Shown here one piece after another: positions 13,040 to 24,549 of a DNA stretch of 64,000 bases (position 1 is the first letter of the stretch; each line of letters opens with the position of its first letter). The stretch covers positions 5,582,001-5,646,000 of the forward strand of contig NC_086101.1 in assembly GCF_963921235.1 (NCBI RefSeq). Reading direction: 5' to 3'. The notes beneath the pieces were generated by a model. It was not told where the DNA came from. It searched no databases and saw only the letters and a program-made list of their open reading frames with translations. The position numbers and the translations under genes are program-made. This stretch comes from Mobula hypostoma (taxonomy: Eukaryota).

Positions 13040-14120
13040 GCCACACACAGGAAATGCTGGAGGAACTCAGCAGGTCAGGCAGCATCTATGGAAATGAATA
13101 AACAGTTGACATCTCAGCTCGATAGTCTGATGAAGACAGACGTGAGAAGCAGAGGAACATCTGGAGAAATTTCTGAAATGCCCGGTTCGCTACCGCTGCT
13201 ATTGTGCGATGGAGAATCTCCAGAGGGAAGGCCCCCAAATCCCCGGCTTTGCCTGCTAATGGTGACCGAGGTTGAGGTCGAAGTGTTCAGATAGAGATGG
13301 TGCTCGGTGCTCGGTGTCGGAGGGCTGATCGGAGGCTCGAAGTTTTCGGACGACTCAGAGTCAGACTGTGGTCGGGCATGGCAGGGAGAGTTTTCTTCCT
13401 TCTCCCGTCTGCGTGAGATGTTGGACTTTCGAGAGACTTTGAACTTTTTTACTGTGCCCATGGCCTGTTCTTCATCATGTTATGGTATTGTTGCACTGTT
13501 GTAACTATATGTTATAATTATGTGGTTTTGTTAGTTTTTCAGTCTTGGTCTGTCCTGTGTTTCTGTGATATCACACCGGAGGAATATTGTATCATTTCTC
13601 AATGCATGCATTACTAAATGACAATAAAGGAGGACTGCGTGTCCTCATAATCTAATCTAATCTAATCAAGACTGGACAGGAAAGGGGGCAGAAGCCAAAA
13701 TGAGATAGGAGGGGAAAGAGCACAAGACTGACAGATGAGTGGGAAGGGGGGAATGAAGTAAGAAGCTGGGTTGATAGGTGGAGAAGAAGAAGGAATCTGA
13801 TAGGAAGGGAGAGTGGACCATGGGAGAAAGGGACGGAGGAGGTGATGGGCAGGGTGAGAGGGAAACCGCAGTGGGGAGTGGGAAAAGAGAGAAGTGGGAG
13901 GGAGCCAAATTACTGGAAGTTAGAGAAGTCAAACTTCATGCCATCAGGTTGGAGGCTACCCAGATGAAATATAAGGTGTTGCTAATCCAACCTGAGAGTG
14001 GCCTCATCATGGCAGTATGTCTGGTCTCACTGCTATAGAGGAGGCTGCACTGGCTGCAATAGATGATGCCAAGAGACACGTTGCGCAGGTGAAAGGTCAC
14101 CTCACCTGTCAGAAGAGCTA
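13040..14120 (-). mobile_element. Penelope-like 3' fragment interrupted by a non-autonomous element (~13130-13667) with a (TAATC)n tail
   Basis: pLTR at 13040-13115, resuming at ~13668; GIY-YIG C-terminal remnant (ctcaggttggattagc...caacctgatggcatgaa on the - strand). Confidence 0.7.
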
Positions 14121-14514
14121 GCGGTGAAGGAGCGCCCCACCTTAGAAGACTCTTGCAAATTTCTACAGCTGTACCACGGACAGCATTCAAACTGGTTGCT
14201 TCACTGTTCAGCACGGAGGGGCCACCGCACAGGCTTAGAAAAAGCTGCAGAAAATTGTAAACTCGGCCAGCTCCATCATGGACACTGGCCTCCCCGGCTT
14301 CAAAAGGATATGACTCAAGAAGCAGCATCCATCATTAAGGACCCCCATCACCCAGAACGTGCCTTCTTCTCATCGCTACCATCAGTGAGGAGGTACAGGA
14401 GCCTGAAGACACACACTCAGTGTTTCAGGCACAGCATCTTCCCCTCCGCTATCAGATTTCTGAATGGACAATGAACACTACCTCACTATTTTTTTTTTGC
14501 TCTCTTCTTTTGAA

Positions 14515-15850
14515 GTTGTAAATTGGATTAGACATCAGCTTTGTGGGAGAAGCCAGAGAGTGGTAGTGATGAAGGCTTGTGACTAGTGCTGTGACGCAGG
14601 TTCCGTTGTTCTTTGTCATCTATATCAATAACTGGATGATAATGTCGTTTAACTGTAAATTTGTGGATGGGGTGTAGTGGGCAGTGAGAAAGGCTATCGT
14701 GGTTGCAGCAGGATCCGGACCAGCTGGAAAAATGGTCTGAAAATGGGAGACAAAATTTAATGCAGACAAGTGCAAAATTTTGCACTTTGATAGGACCAAC
14801 CAGGGTAAGTCTTACATACTGAAGAGCAGGGTACTGAGGTATGCAGTTGAACAGAGGGATCTGGGAATACCGGTCCATAATTCACAGGTTAGTAGTTATA
14901 AAGAAAGCTTTTGGCACACTGACCTTCATAAATCAAAGTTTTGAATTCAGGAAATGGGATGTAATGTTGAAGTTGTATAAGACAATGGTGAGCCCTAATT
15001 TGGAGTATTGTGTTCAGTTTTGGTCACCTACCTACAGGAATGATGAAAGAGTACAGAGGAAATTTACAAGGTTGTTGCCGGGTCTAGAAGGCCTGAGTTG
15101 TAAGGAAAGATTGAATAGGTTAGGACTTTATTCCTTTTGAACATAGAAGATCGAGAAATTTGAAAGAGATGTACAAAATTATGAGGGGTATAGATAGGGT
15201 AAATGTATGCAGGCTTTTCCCACTGCTGTTGGGTGGGCCTACAAGTAGAGGTCATGAGTTAAGGGTGAAAGGTGAAAAGTTCAAGGTGAACATGAGGGGA
15301 AACCTCTTCACCCAGTAGGTCGTGAGAGTGAGAAATGAGCTGTCAGTGCAAGTGGTGCATGCAAACTTGATTTTAACATTTAAGAGAAGTTTGCGTAGTT
15401 ACATAGTGTGGGCATGTGGCCAAGTGGTTAAGGCGTTAGACTAGCGATCTGAAGGTCATGAGTTTGAGCCCCAGCCAAGGCAGCGTGTTGTGTCCTTGAA
15501 CAAGGCACTTAACCACACATTGCTCAGCGACGACACTGGTGCCAAGCTGTATGGGTCCTTGCCCTTCCCTTGGACAACATCAGTGTTGTGGAGAGGGGCG
15601 ACTTGCAGCATGGGCAACTGCCGGTCTTCCGTACAACCTTGCTCAGGCCTGCGCCCTGGAGAGTGAAGACTTCCCAGGCGCAGATCTATGGTCTCGCAAG
15701 ACTAATGGATGCATAGGTACATGGATGGTAGAGGTATGGAGGGCTATGGTCCCGTGCAGGTTGATGTGAGTAGGCAGTTTAAATGGCTCGGCATGGACTA
15801 GATGGGCCGAAGTTCCTGTGCTGTACTTTTCTATGACTTGATGTTTCTAT
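14515..15850 (+). mobile_element. Degenerate CR1 3' portion carrying a SINE insertion
   Basis: ORF 14841..15140 LYKTMVSPNLEYCVQFWSP; CR1 3'UTR and 'ttctatg' tail. Confidence 0.85.
15405..15713 (+). mobile_element. tRNA-head SINE with CORE-like domain and RTE-type tail
   Basis: A-box tggccaagtgg (15417), B-box gagtttgagcc (15460), 'tgtgtccttgaacaaggcacttaacc' resembles the MIR CORE; tail 'atggtctcgcaagactaatggatgc'; TSD tag(t/g)tacat at 15396-15404 and 15714-15722. Confidence 0.75.
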
Positions 15851-16519
15851 GTTCCATATTGAATCAGTATGCTGTCCATGTGAACTGGGCCCCTGTGAAC
15901 TGGAGTGATAGATAACAGCGCTGGGGCAACTCAGTGACGCAGGCAGCATCTGTGGAAGGAGAGGGACAGGAGCCAACCCAAAACACAGACTATCCCTTTG
16001 CCTGACCCGTCGCAATCCCTCCAGCATTTCATCCAATGAGGAGCTTCTTTAGCCAAAGGGCAGTGAATCTGTGGAATTCATTGCCACAAATGGCTGTGGA
16101 GGCCAAGTCATTGGGTATATTTAAAGTGGAGGTTGATAGGATCTTGACTGGTCAGGGTGTCAAAGACTATGGGGAGAAGGCAGGAGAATGGGGTTGCAAC
16201 GGTTAATAAATCATCCATGCTGGAATGAGGGAATGGACTCGATGGGCTGAAAGGCCTAATTCTGCTTCTGTCTCTAATCGTCTTATTTGTTGCTTCAGGT
16301 TCCAGCACCTACAATCTCTTCTGCCTCCTCGCCTGCGTTCCGCACACCACAGCATTCGCCCTGCCCTTGGAGGACGGACTCTGGCCTGATGTTTCAAAGT
16401 TGAAAGAAGTATTTAAAATCAAAGCACGTATTTGTTACCATGTACTACCTCGAGACTCACTTTCTTATAGGCACTTACAAGAAACTAAAGAAGTGCAATA
16501 GAGTTTACGAAATGAACTA

Positions 16520-17225
16520 TCATCAGGGACTCCCACCACCCAGGCCAGGCTCTCGTCTCACTGCTGCCACCATCAGGCAGTAGGTTCAGGAGCCCCAGGA
16601 CTCACACCACCAGGTTCGGGAACAATTATTATCTCTCAACCAGCAGGAAGGAGGTACAGGAGCCTCAGGACCCACACCACCAGGTTCAGGAACAATTATT
16701 ACCCCTCAATCAGCAGGAAGGAGGTACAGGAGCCTCAGGACCCACACCACCAGGTTCGGGAACAATTATTACCTCTCAACCAGCAGGCAGGAGGTACAGG
16801 AGCCCCAGGACTCACACCACTAGGTTCAGGAACAGTTATTACCCCTCAACCAGCAGGAAGGAGGTACAGGAGCCTCAGGACTCACAACACCGGGTTCAAG
16901 AACAGTTATTACCCCTCAATCATCAGGCTCCTGAATCACAGGGGAGAACTTCACTCGCCCCATCACTGAACTGTTCCCACAAACTATGGACTCGCTTTCA
17001 AAGACTCCTTATCTCAGGTTCTCAATATTTTTGTTGCTTTTTTTTTGTTCTTTTTTCTCTTTTTGTATTTGTGTAGTTAGTTGTCTTTTGCCCATTTTGA
17101 TGTTTTGTCGTGCACGTATTTTCGTTGATTCCATTGCGTTTCTTTGCATTTACTGTGAATGTCAGTAAGAAAACGAATCTCGCGGTGACAATAAGTTTGA
17201 TAATACATTTACTTTGAACTTTGAA
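16520..17225 (+). mobile_element. Rex1/Babar 3' end with an internal 70-bp tandem array
   Basis: Remnant DSHHPG...SGRRYRSLRTHTTRFRN..YP; 'tactttgaactttgaac' tail. Confidence 0.75.
16571..16928 (+). repeat. 70-bp x ~5 tandem repeat
   Basis: Unit starts ca(g/t)cagg at 16571, 16641, 16711, 16781, 16851 and 16921. Confidence 0.95.
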
Positions 17226-17639
17226 CATGAAGGCTGACAAACAGCCAACGTACAGTAGAAGAGAAATTGGGCAAATAAAAGACAAAACTGAGAGCGAGTG
17301 AAATGTTTGAGGAGACGGGACAGTTCTTTCCGCAGAGAGTGCGTCCTCCACTTGCGAGGAGCGAGTCTGAAACGCCGGTGACAGATGTAGCTGCCTGCAC
17401 TGGAGGGGCGGCCACATTACCAGTGCATAACGGGAGTGTGTGTGCAGTATCGGACGCTACAGTAGTGAGACGCATCGTTAACACGGGCGTGGGGCATGGC
17501 AAGACCCCAGCCTCCTTGCCGGGGCAAAATGACAGAGCAGAAAGGCGCTAAATTGAACAATTCGGAGCCGTGATCTCTTCTTGAGACGCCCTGGCGCTCA
17601 GCGGTGGCGAAGGATAAGTTCGCCTTCTGTTGTGACGCC

Positions 17640-18240
17640 GGTCCAACACATTGACACAATTACCAAGCAGGCGCCACAGCAGCTTTCTTTCATTATGTGC
17701 GTGAAGAGAATTGGTCCGTCACCAAAGACTCTCGCAAGTTTTCACAGATGCACGGTGGAGAACATTCTATCTGGCTGCACCACCATTTCGTGTGGAGGGG
17801 CCACCGCACAGGATCAGAAGAGGCTGCTGAAAGGTGCAAACTCAGCCGGCTCCATCACGGGCGCTAGCCTCCCCAGCGCCGAGGACATCTTCAGAAGGCA
17901 GTACAGTACCGCAAAAAGGCAGCAACCATCATAAGGACCCCCGCCACCAATGACATGCACTTTCCTTGGTGCTACCATTAAGGGGGGGGGGGCGGCACAG
18001 GAACCTGCAAACAGGCACTCAACGTTTGAGGAAGTTCCTTTCCCTCCGCCATCAGATTTCTGAATGGACAATTAACCCAGTAACATTTCCTCAGTATCTT
18101 TTTCCTTTTCTCCGCCGTTTTTGCATTACTTATTTAATAAATTTTTTTTATCGTATACCGTAGTTTATAGCTTGTTTAAATTATGTATTGTACTACACCG
18201 CTGCCGACATTTGCTAGTTCATACAGTTGATTCTGATTTT
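17640..18240 (+). mobile_element. Degenerate Rex1/Babar RT C-terminus and 3'UTR
   Basis: HIDTITKQAPQQL...FHRCTVENILSGCTT in ORF 17581..17934. Confidence 0.75.
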
Positions 18241-18805
18241 CGTCACATTATCCTGTAACCTGCCTGGGGTCCGGAGGTGGGGGTTGTGCACAGTCTGGGT
18301 GATTTTCAGTCAGACCTCTGCATGCCCCGGTCAGAGGGCGGTGTGGTGGAACTGGCGCGTCATTCACTGGCGTTTGTCTTTGTCGGGTTTGACCGGTGAC
18401 GGGCGTTTGCCCCTTCAGCTGGAGGTCCGAAGTAAGCGCCTGCAATATATCTTTGCAAACTTCTGCAGGGAACTATCACACGGCGCGGCCCCCATTCATC
18501 TGTAGGATTCCGGTATAGGCTTTGTGCGGGCAGGAGACCGTCGCTTTAGAACAGAGATTGGGAGGAATTTGTTTAGCTACAGAGGGGTAAGGAGGCCAAG
18601 TCATTGGGTATATTCAAAGCAGAGGTTGATAGTTTCTTGATTAGACAGAGTGTCAAAGGTTACGGGGAGAAGACGGGAGAATTGTGTTGAGAGGGATAAT
18701 AAAATTCCGTGATAGAATGGCGGAGCAGATGGGCTGAATGGCCTAATTCTATTCCTACGTTTTATGGTCTTATGAATGTGTGAATGCGGACGATACATGA
18801 TTCAC

Positions 18806-18875
18806 AGGGGCGCGCCAGCGCGTACGCGCGCGCGCGCGGTCTCCGGAATTCTCTACCCAAACAAGATGATTGTAC
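18806..18875. promoter_or_regulatory. CpG-dense patch: 21-nt alternating purine-pyrimidine tract with an ETS-like CCGGAA
   Basis: gcgcgtacgcgcgcgcgcgcg at 18818-18838; ccggaatt at ~18843. Confidence 0.45.
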
Positions 18876-19039
18876 GGAGAGTCGGTGACTGGGTAGATTC
18901 AAGGCACAAGATGAAATCAGTTTTTGGGTTGTGAAGGGATGAGGGTTTTGTGTAGAGTCATCACATCAGTAATGGTGTTTTTATACAGTGCAGAAAACAC
19001 AGGGGGAGAAATAGCCAGGATCTCCTTTTTATGGTACCT

Positions 19040-19109
19040 GCACACACACACACAAATACACGCGCAGGCACGTACACACACAGACACGTAAACACACACA
19101 CACACTCAG

Positions 19110-19144
<35 letters not shown>

Positions 19145-19315
19145 CACACGCGCACGCACGCACACACGGAACACACACACACACACACACACAAATACAC
19201 GCGCACGCACGTACACACACAGACAGGTAAACACACACACACTCACACACAAATACACACACACAAATACACGCGCACGCACGCACACACGGAAACACAC
19301 ACACACTCACACACC
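19040..19315. repeat. Compound (CA)n/(CACG)n microsatellite with higher-order repeats
   Basis: Recurring 'acacaaatacacgcgcacgcacg' blocks separated by (CA)n. Confidence 0.95.
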
Positions 19316-19449
19316 TGTACACAGCAAGTTAGTGGGAATGGAGGAGCGAAAGTGCGTGCACTGTACAGACTTGCCCGCTACTAGTGACGAATGGAGAATC
19401 TGCAGATGCTGGAAATCCAAGTAATACTGTACACACAAAATGCTGCCTG

Positions 19450-21030
19450 ACCTGTTGAGCTCCTCCGGAATTTTGTGAGGGTTACCAGTGAAATTCAGCG
19501 CCCGCTCCAACAGTGCGCGGTGTGTCTACAGCAGCAGCAGAAATCCAACCCGTACGGCAGACGAAAGCCGTTTTCGTTTTCGTTTCTTGTTTCTTTTTGG
19601 TAAACCTGCCACACGTCCCCTGTACAGGTCTCTGCCGGAATCGGCTGGAGAGAAGTTCGCTTCACGGTCTCCCGCCGCGTAATCTCCAACCGTTCCCCGC
19701 CACTGCTTCCTCGCCTGTCCTATTCCGGACAGGAGCCGGAACATTCAGCCTGAAGCTGCGCGGCGCGCAATTTCAGCGGAACCCCCTTTTATTTCAGACG
19801 TTAAATATTTGCCCTCTTTGGTAGGCGCCAAAGAACATTAGGAAAAGAGCAGGGAGTTATCCAGCAGCACAGACACACAAAACGCTGAAAGAAAGCAGCA
19901 CCTATGGGAATGGATGAATGGCGGCGTCAATGGGTCGACTGACCCTTCATCAGGACTCGAATCTCCAGGTGCCCCTGTGAAAATTTGCCCTTGATAAACG
20001 ACAGAGTGAAAATCACAACGCTGTGGGATCTTGCTGTACTCTAATTGCAACCGCGGTCTTTCGTGGTTTGTGAAGAACTTTGGAGCGCCCTGCAAATGCA
20101 GACCACTTTTTTGTTTTTTCGGCTCGCTAGCTGGGTGACCCACGGGATGATATAACACACAGCCGGGCCAATCGGCCCATCAGTCTTCTGACACTCCCGG
20201 ACTCTCACCCGCCACCTCCCATTCCAACTTCCAGCTGAGACTCAGTGAATGAAATTTTAATTTTCGTGCAACGGGTTCCGAACTACTGCTGGAAAATCAT
20301 CTCTTCTCACTAATATCTGATAGCCAGTAATCTTAACATAATTCATGAGCCTTTCAATTCTTTAAATAAGTGTCGAGATAGCCCCAATATTTGGAAGAAC
20401 TCGCGCTATTGAGTTACGAATCTGTATTAAGGAATCTCTTAAACAACCTGCACAGGTGTCAGCTCCTACGGCTCCCCTTCCCTCCCAGTACGGACTGGAA
20501 CCCTGCGGGAAACTGGAGCGAACTGCTCTTTGAGCATTCGTATTTTTCTCAACTTTTTAATCCTCAATACCTCCGAAATACGATGAAAAAATGCATCATT
20601 TCCAACCAGTCCTGGAGAATCCTTAAGAAGAGTCCAACATAGCTCAGGTGCGCAGACTTTACCACCAGAGATCATAGGTTCGTCATCCCGACTCCAGAGA
20701 AAGTTATAATAGTTATTATTGAAAAGATGTGTTCTTACAGACGCATCTTTTCTCTCCACCCCAAAAGCAGATACCCCCTCCAAACGTAAGTGAAATTAAA
20801 TATGGAAAAGGCGCTGGAGTCGTGGTATTCCTTACCTCAAAAGAGTGAACGGCTGCGGAGCTCAGCTCGATGTGAGTTGGTGCCTCCGGACGGGACTCTG
20901 GTGGACTGACTGCCGAGTAAATCCCCTCTGCCACTGATCAGCTTGGCTCCGGGCTTCAAAGTGTGTCTCTCTCGCGAAAAAAAAGGCACCCATGTGATTT
21001 CACCCCGTGATGTCATCAAGGAAATGCCTT
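19450..21030 (-). promoter_or_regulatory. CpG-rich island with candidate minus-strand promoter and first exon
   Basis: CRE-like TGATGTCA at 21008-21015, E-box CATGTG at 20991-20996, TCTCGCGA/TTTTCGCG at ~20970-20980, TTTGAA (- strand) at 20955-20960, strong donor GAG|GTAAGG at 20836/20835. Confidence 0.5.
19955..20115 (+). mobile_element. Highly degenerate DeuSINE-like remnant
   Basis: 'gctgtgggatcttgctgt...aattg...gtgaagaactttgg...aaatgcag..ctttttt' resembles the DeuSINE 3' half and 2130-2280. Confidence 0.4.
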
Positions 21031-21249
21031 AAACGTATACAAAAGCTTTAACTCTTTTACCAACCACTGACCCCTTCCCCTGAACCCACCCCGCCCTGTC
21101 CAAGAGGGCTAGACACCAGTTCCCAAGTTGCATCTGTTCTTCACATTTTGGAAAAGGGCTTTCACATCTTAAGCCTGGTTGTAGCTTTTTCACCAGCCAA
21201 GGCAGGACCAATGGCCCGTTGTATCTCCATGGAATTCCCAAGGGGCTCG

Positions 21250-22820
21250 GGTGCCAACAACATCACGAAGGATCCGGCCCACCCTGCTCATGGACTGCTT
21301 GCCCCACTCCCATCAGGGAGGAGGCTACGTAGCATTCACGCCAGGACCACCAGACTCAAATACAGTTACTTTCCCCAAGCAATAAGGTTGATCAACACCT
21401 CCACCCACTAACCCACCCCAATACGCCCCTAACCAAACGACTTTATCATTTCCTGTCAGTCACCTAATGCACAGACACACTTGTGTCTCGAGTCACTTTA
21501 TGGACATACAATCAATCTGCGTATATCAGCTATTTTATATATTTATATTTATTGTATATTTATTGTGTTTTTCTTATTATTGTGTTCTTTATCTTATTAT
21601 TGTGGTTCCTTAAGGTTGCCATGGGGGGTGGGGGTAGGAGGGAGTACCCACTACCTATTAAATGCTCCAAAAGGTATGTGGCTCAAGTAGCCTCTGACAA
21701 CCAAGTCCAGTTTCTGGCCTTCACGTGTGTCTTAGTTCTAAGCTTGGGGTGTATGGGGTGTCAGGGAGGGGTAGCACCTCTGGTGGGGGAACATGTCGCG
21801 TCCTTTTCAAGGTGGTTAATCCACCTTTGGTCCCCACCTGGCACTCAGCTCTCACCTGTGGCTCCCCGTAGCTGTTTGCATGTGACAGCGGCCACACCCC
21901 AGGCAACGGCTTTGACAAGCCGGCTAAACCAGGTGAGGGTAGCCGACGGGTCTCAAACCCTCGGTGAGATGGGGAGTTGTCTATCACAGCATGTGAAGAC
22001 AGACTCCGGCAGACTGAGCGGACGAGACCAATGGAAGGTCCAACAGTCAAGAAGGCGGTCTCTGCGAGCATCGTGGAACGTGTAGAGCAGGACAAGACAC
22101 AGAAGATGTCCTGGTCATCCACTGCACCTAGTCCATCCCCAGCCGTCTAAACTCTGTCTTGCCACTGGATCCAGATGGAAATTGGGAAGAGAGAGTGAGG
22201 CTGACGCTGCACAACTCTCCCTCACTTAATTCCAAATCACGCGCTAGTCTCAACACCATCATAGGTCCTCATCGACGTCGACGATGGACGAACACAAGTT
22301 CTAAGCTCAGGAGAAGGGGCAAAGATGGGTTACTGGCACCTTAAATCCAGTTGCTTCAGACAGGGGTTCATCATTTGTGGTTGGCAGCTCATCTACGAGA
22401 AGGAAATCTCTGATCTCAAACCTCTACTACCTTGTGGCTATACCCACTCATGGAGAAGGCTTCGGAGTAAACCCTGAGGAAAATTCTGGAGCTGGGAACC
22501 CTGAAGCAGTCCTACATCGAGTTCAATGCTGACTGGCAACTCCTGTGATTCCACTGGTAGGAAAATATTTTGATCTCTTCCATTCCTTTGCTCCATCAGC
22601 CGTGTGGAGAGGGGGATCCCGTGGCATGGGCAACAGCTTGCTCTCCATATTGTACTGCCCTGGCTTCTGTATCACATAGATAGCTACGATGCAATTGACC
22701 TCGACCATCGGAGGGTCTCATATCTTATTGTGGTTTTTCTTGTGCTACGTTGGATCTGGAGTACCAATTACTTTATTCTCCTTTACACCTGTGTACTAGA
22801 AATGACATTAAACAATCTTG
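21250..22820 (+). mobile_element. Rex1/Babar 3' end with two nested non-autonomous elements in its 3'UTR
   Basis: ITKDPAHPAHGLLAPLPSGRRLRSIHARTTRLKYSYFPQAIRLIN; the UTR breaks at ~21608 and resumes at 22721 with duplicated tatcttatt..gtggtt. Confidence 0.75.
21609..22720 (+). mobile_element. Non-coding RTE-like element containing a second RTE-like element (21745-22296)
   Basis: Inner TSD agttctaagct at 21734-21744 and 22297-22307; both elements end in short hairpins (catcgacgtcgacgatg; cctcgaccatcggaggg); clade assignment is from recalled similarity only. Confidence 0.5.
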
Positions 22821-23299
22821 ACATCTCAGCACTGGTGTGGCTGATCACCTGCCAAGGCTAATGGTCTGTTGTATGTCAGTGGGGAGCTCTCTTGCCTGAG
22901 TTAAATGGAGATGGGTTTGCGTGCACAATCCAAGATCCTCATGGCACACTGGGTGAGTGTTAAAGTTAAAGTTTGATTGTCATTCAAACACACATGAATA
23001 TCCATGAATACAGCTAAATGAAACAGAGCTCCTCTGGAGCCAAGGTGCAAAACACAGAACCAACAGTCATACACAGCACAAGTCACATATAGCGTACATA
23101 AGATAGTAATAGACATAGAGTCACACAAAATATACCTGGTTTAAAATGGCACTGGTGAATCTCAGAGACTCTGGCTGGTGGCAAATGAAACCAGGAAAAC
23201 AACTAAAAAGGATAGAGTGCTTTAACAAACTGAATACTTTGCTAATCGCTCTTTTTCTGGCAAACGATCATCGCAAGCAATAGTCTGTGACTTCCCTTT

Positions 23300-23860
23300 G
23301 GACTTGGAGGCAATTTGATGTGGTAGAACTGAGGCAAGGTAAGAGCAAGGAAGACCCCAGGTTCAATTGATCCAAGCACCGGGCCAAGTAGGAAAGGTTG
23401 TGTACAGGCTGAATCAATGGGGGGTCCAGGCCCCAGAGCATATCGAAGCAACTGAACCCGATGTTTGGACGATGATGATTTCAGCACTGGGCCGAATTGG
23501 AAAGGGCAAGTACAGGCTGAACCACGGCAGTGAGGCCCTGGCCACAGAGTGTTTCGAAGCGGTTGAACCCAATGTTTGGACAACTATTTCGGCGCCGGGC
23601 CAGATTGAAAAGGTTGGGTGTCAGGGGTGTGCTTGTTCAGCTCTCTGCTCTGCACTGACTGGGGACGGACTCAGTGTGGACTTCAGTTCAGAATGTGACT
23701 TGCTTGCATTTATCGTTTGCATGATTTGTTACTTTTCTCTCTGCTCATTGGGTGTTTGATAGTCTTTTTTTAATGGGTTCCTTTGTGTTTGGTTATTTCA
23801 CGGTGGCCTGTTCCGAGATGAATCTCAAGGTTTATAATGCATATGTACTTTGAGCTGTGA
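23300..23860 (+). mobile_element. Non-autonomous Rex1-tailed element with a ~108-bp internal repeat (x2.3)
   Basis: Unit restarts (a)gc(a/g)c(c/t)gggcc at ~23375, 23483 and 23591; tail 'gaatctcaaggt...tgtactttga' is shared with 1700-2100. Confidence 0.5.
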
Positions 23861-24549
23861 AGTCCGTGAGTATCAAGTTCTGTGGATTGGAGCGGGTACA
23901 ATGAGCCACGAAGATTTGGATTCAGATTTAGATCGAGATTCAGTTTCAGGTTCATTTATTTATCATGTGTACATCAAAATGTCTTATTTCCTTTAATAAC
24001 CAACACAACTCAAGGATGAGCTAGGGGCCAGCGCACAAGTGTTACCACTCATTCCTAAGCCAACATAGCATGTCCACAATGTTCAGCAAAATAACGCAAG
24101 CAACAGCAGTAAAGCAAACCCCTTTCCACATACTCACACTCTCACACAGAGTCACACACATGCACACACAGTGACACAAACAGACCCAGGTTTTGGCCAC
24201 TGGACCTTGACCTCCAGACTCATTGACTTTAGCCTTTGGCCTTTAGGCTACAATCTTCAATCCTCGGTCTTTCTGTACTGTGAGTATTTAATAACTTTGA
24301 AATACCCAAAGGTATGAAGGGTCCTTGACATAAATATAGCTAAATTCTGGAAGTAAATGAACAAATATTGACTGGGTCAATTTACTTTCATTATGGATAG
24401 TTTGCATTTGCATTTGAGGCAAATTCATGGAAAGTTCACAAAGTTGATTCATCTGATGAAAAAATTGTCTGATGAGGAATGGTTGCCCATCTAGAGTCTA
24501 AACTCACTGGACTTTATAAAAATTAGAGTTATAACATTATCACCACACT

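Noticed and set aside
18917..19384. Cys/Val- and His/Thr-rich ORFs (also 60445-61161)
   Set aside because: They are translations of (CA)n/(TG)n repeats.
20643..20690. C/D-box snoRNA-like ATGACGA...CTGA on the - strand
   Set aside because: The boxes are only ~45 nt apart, there is no terminal stem, and I recognise no rRNA-complementary guide.
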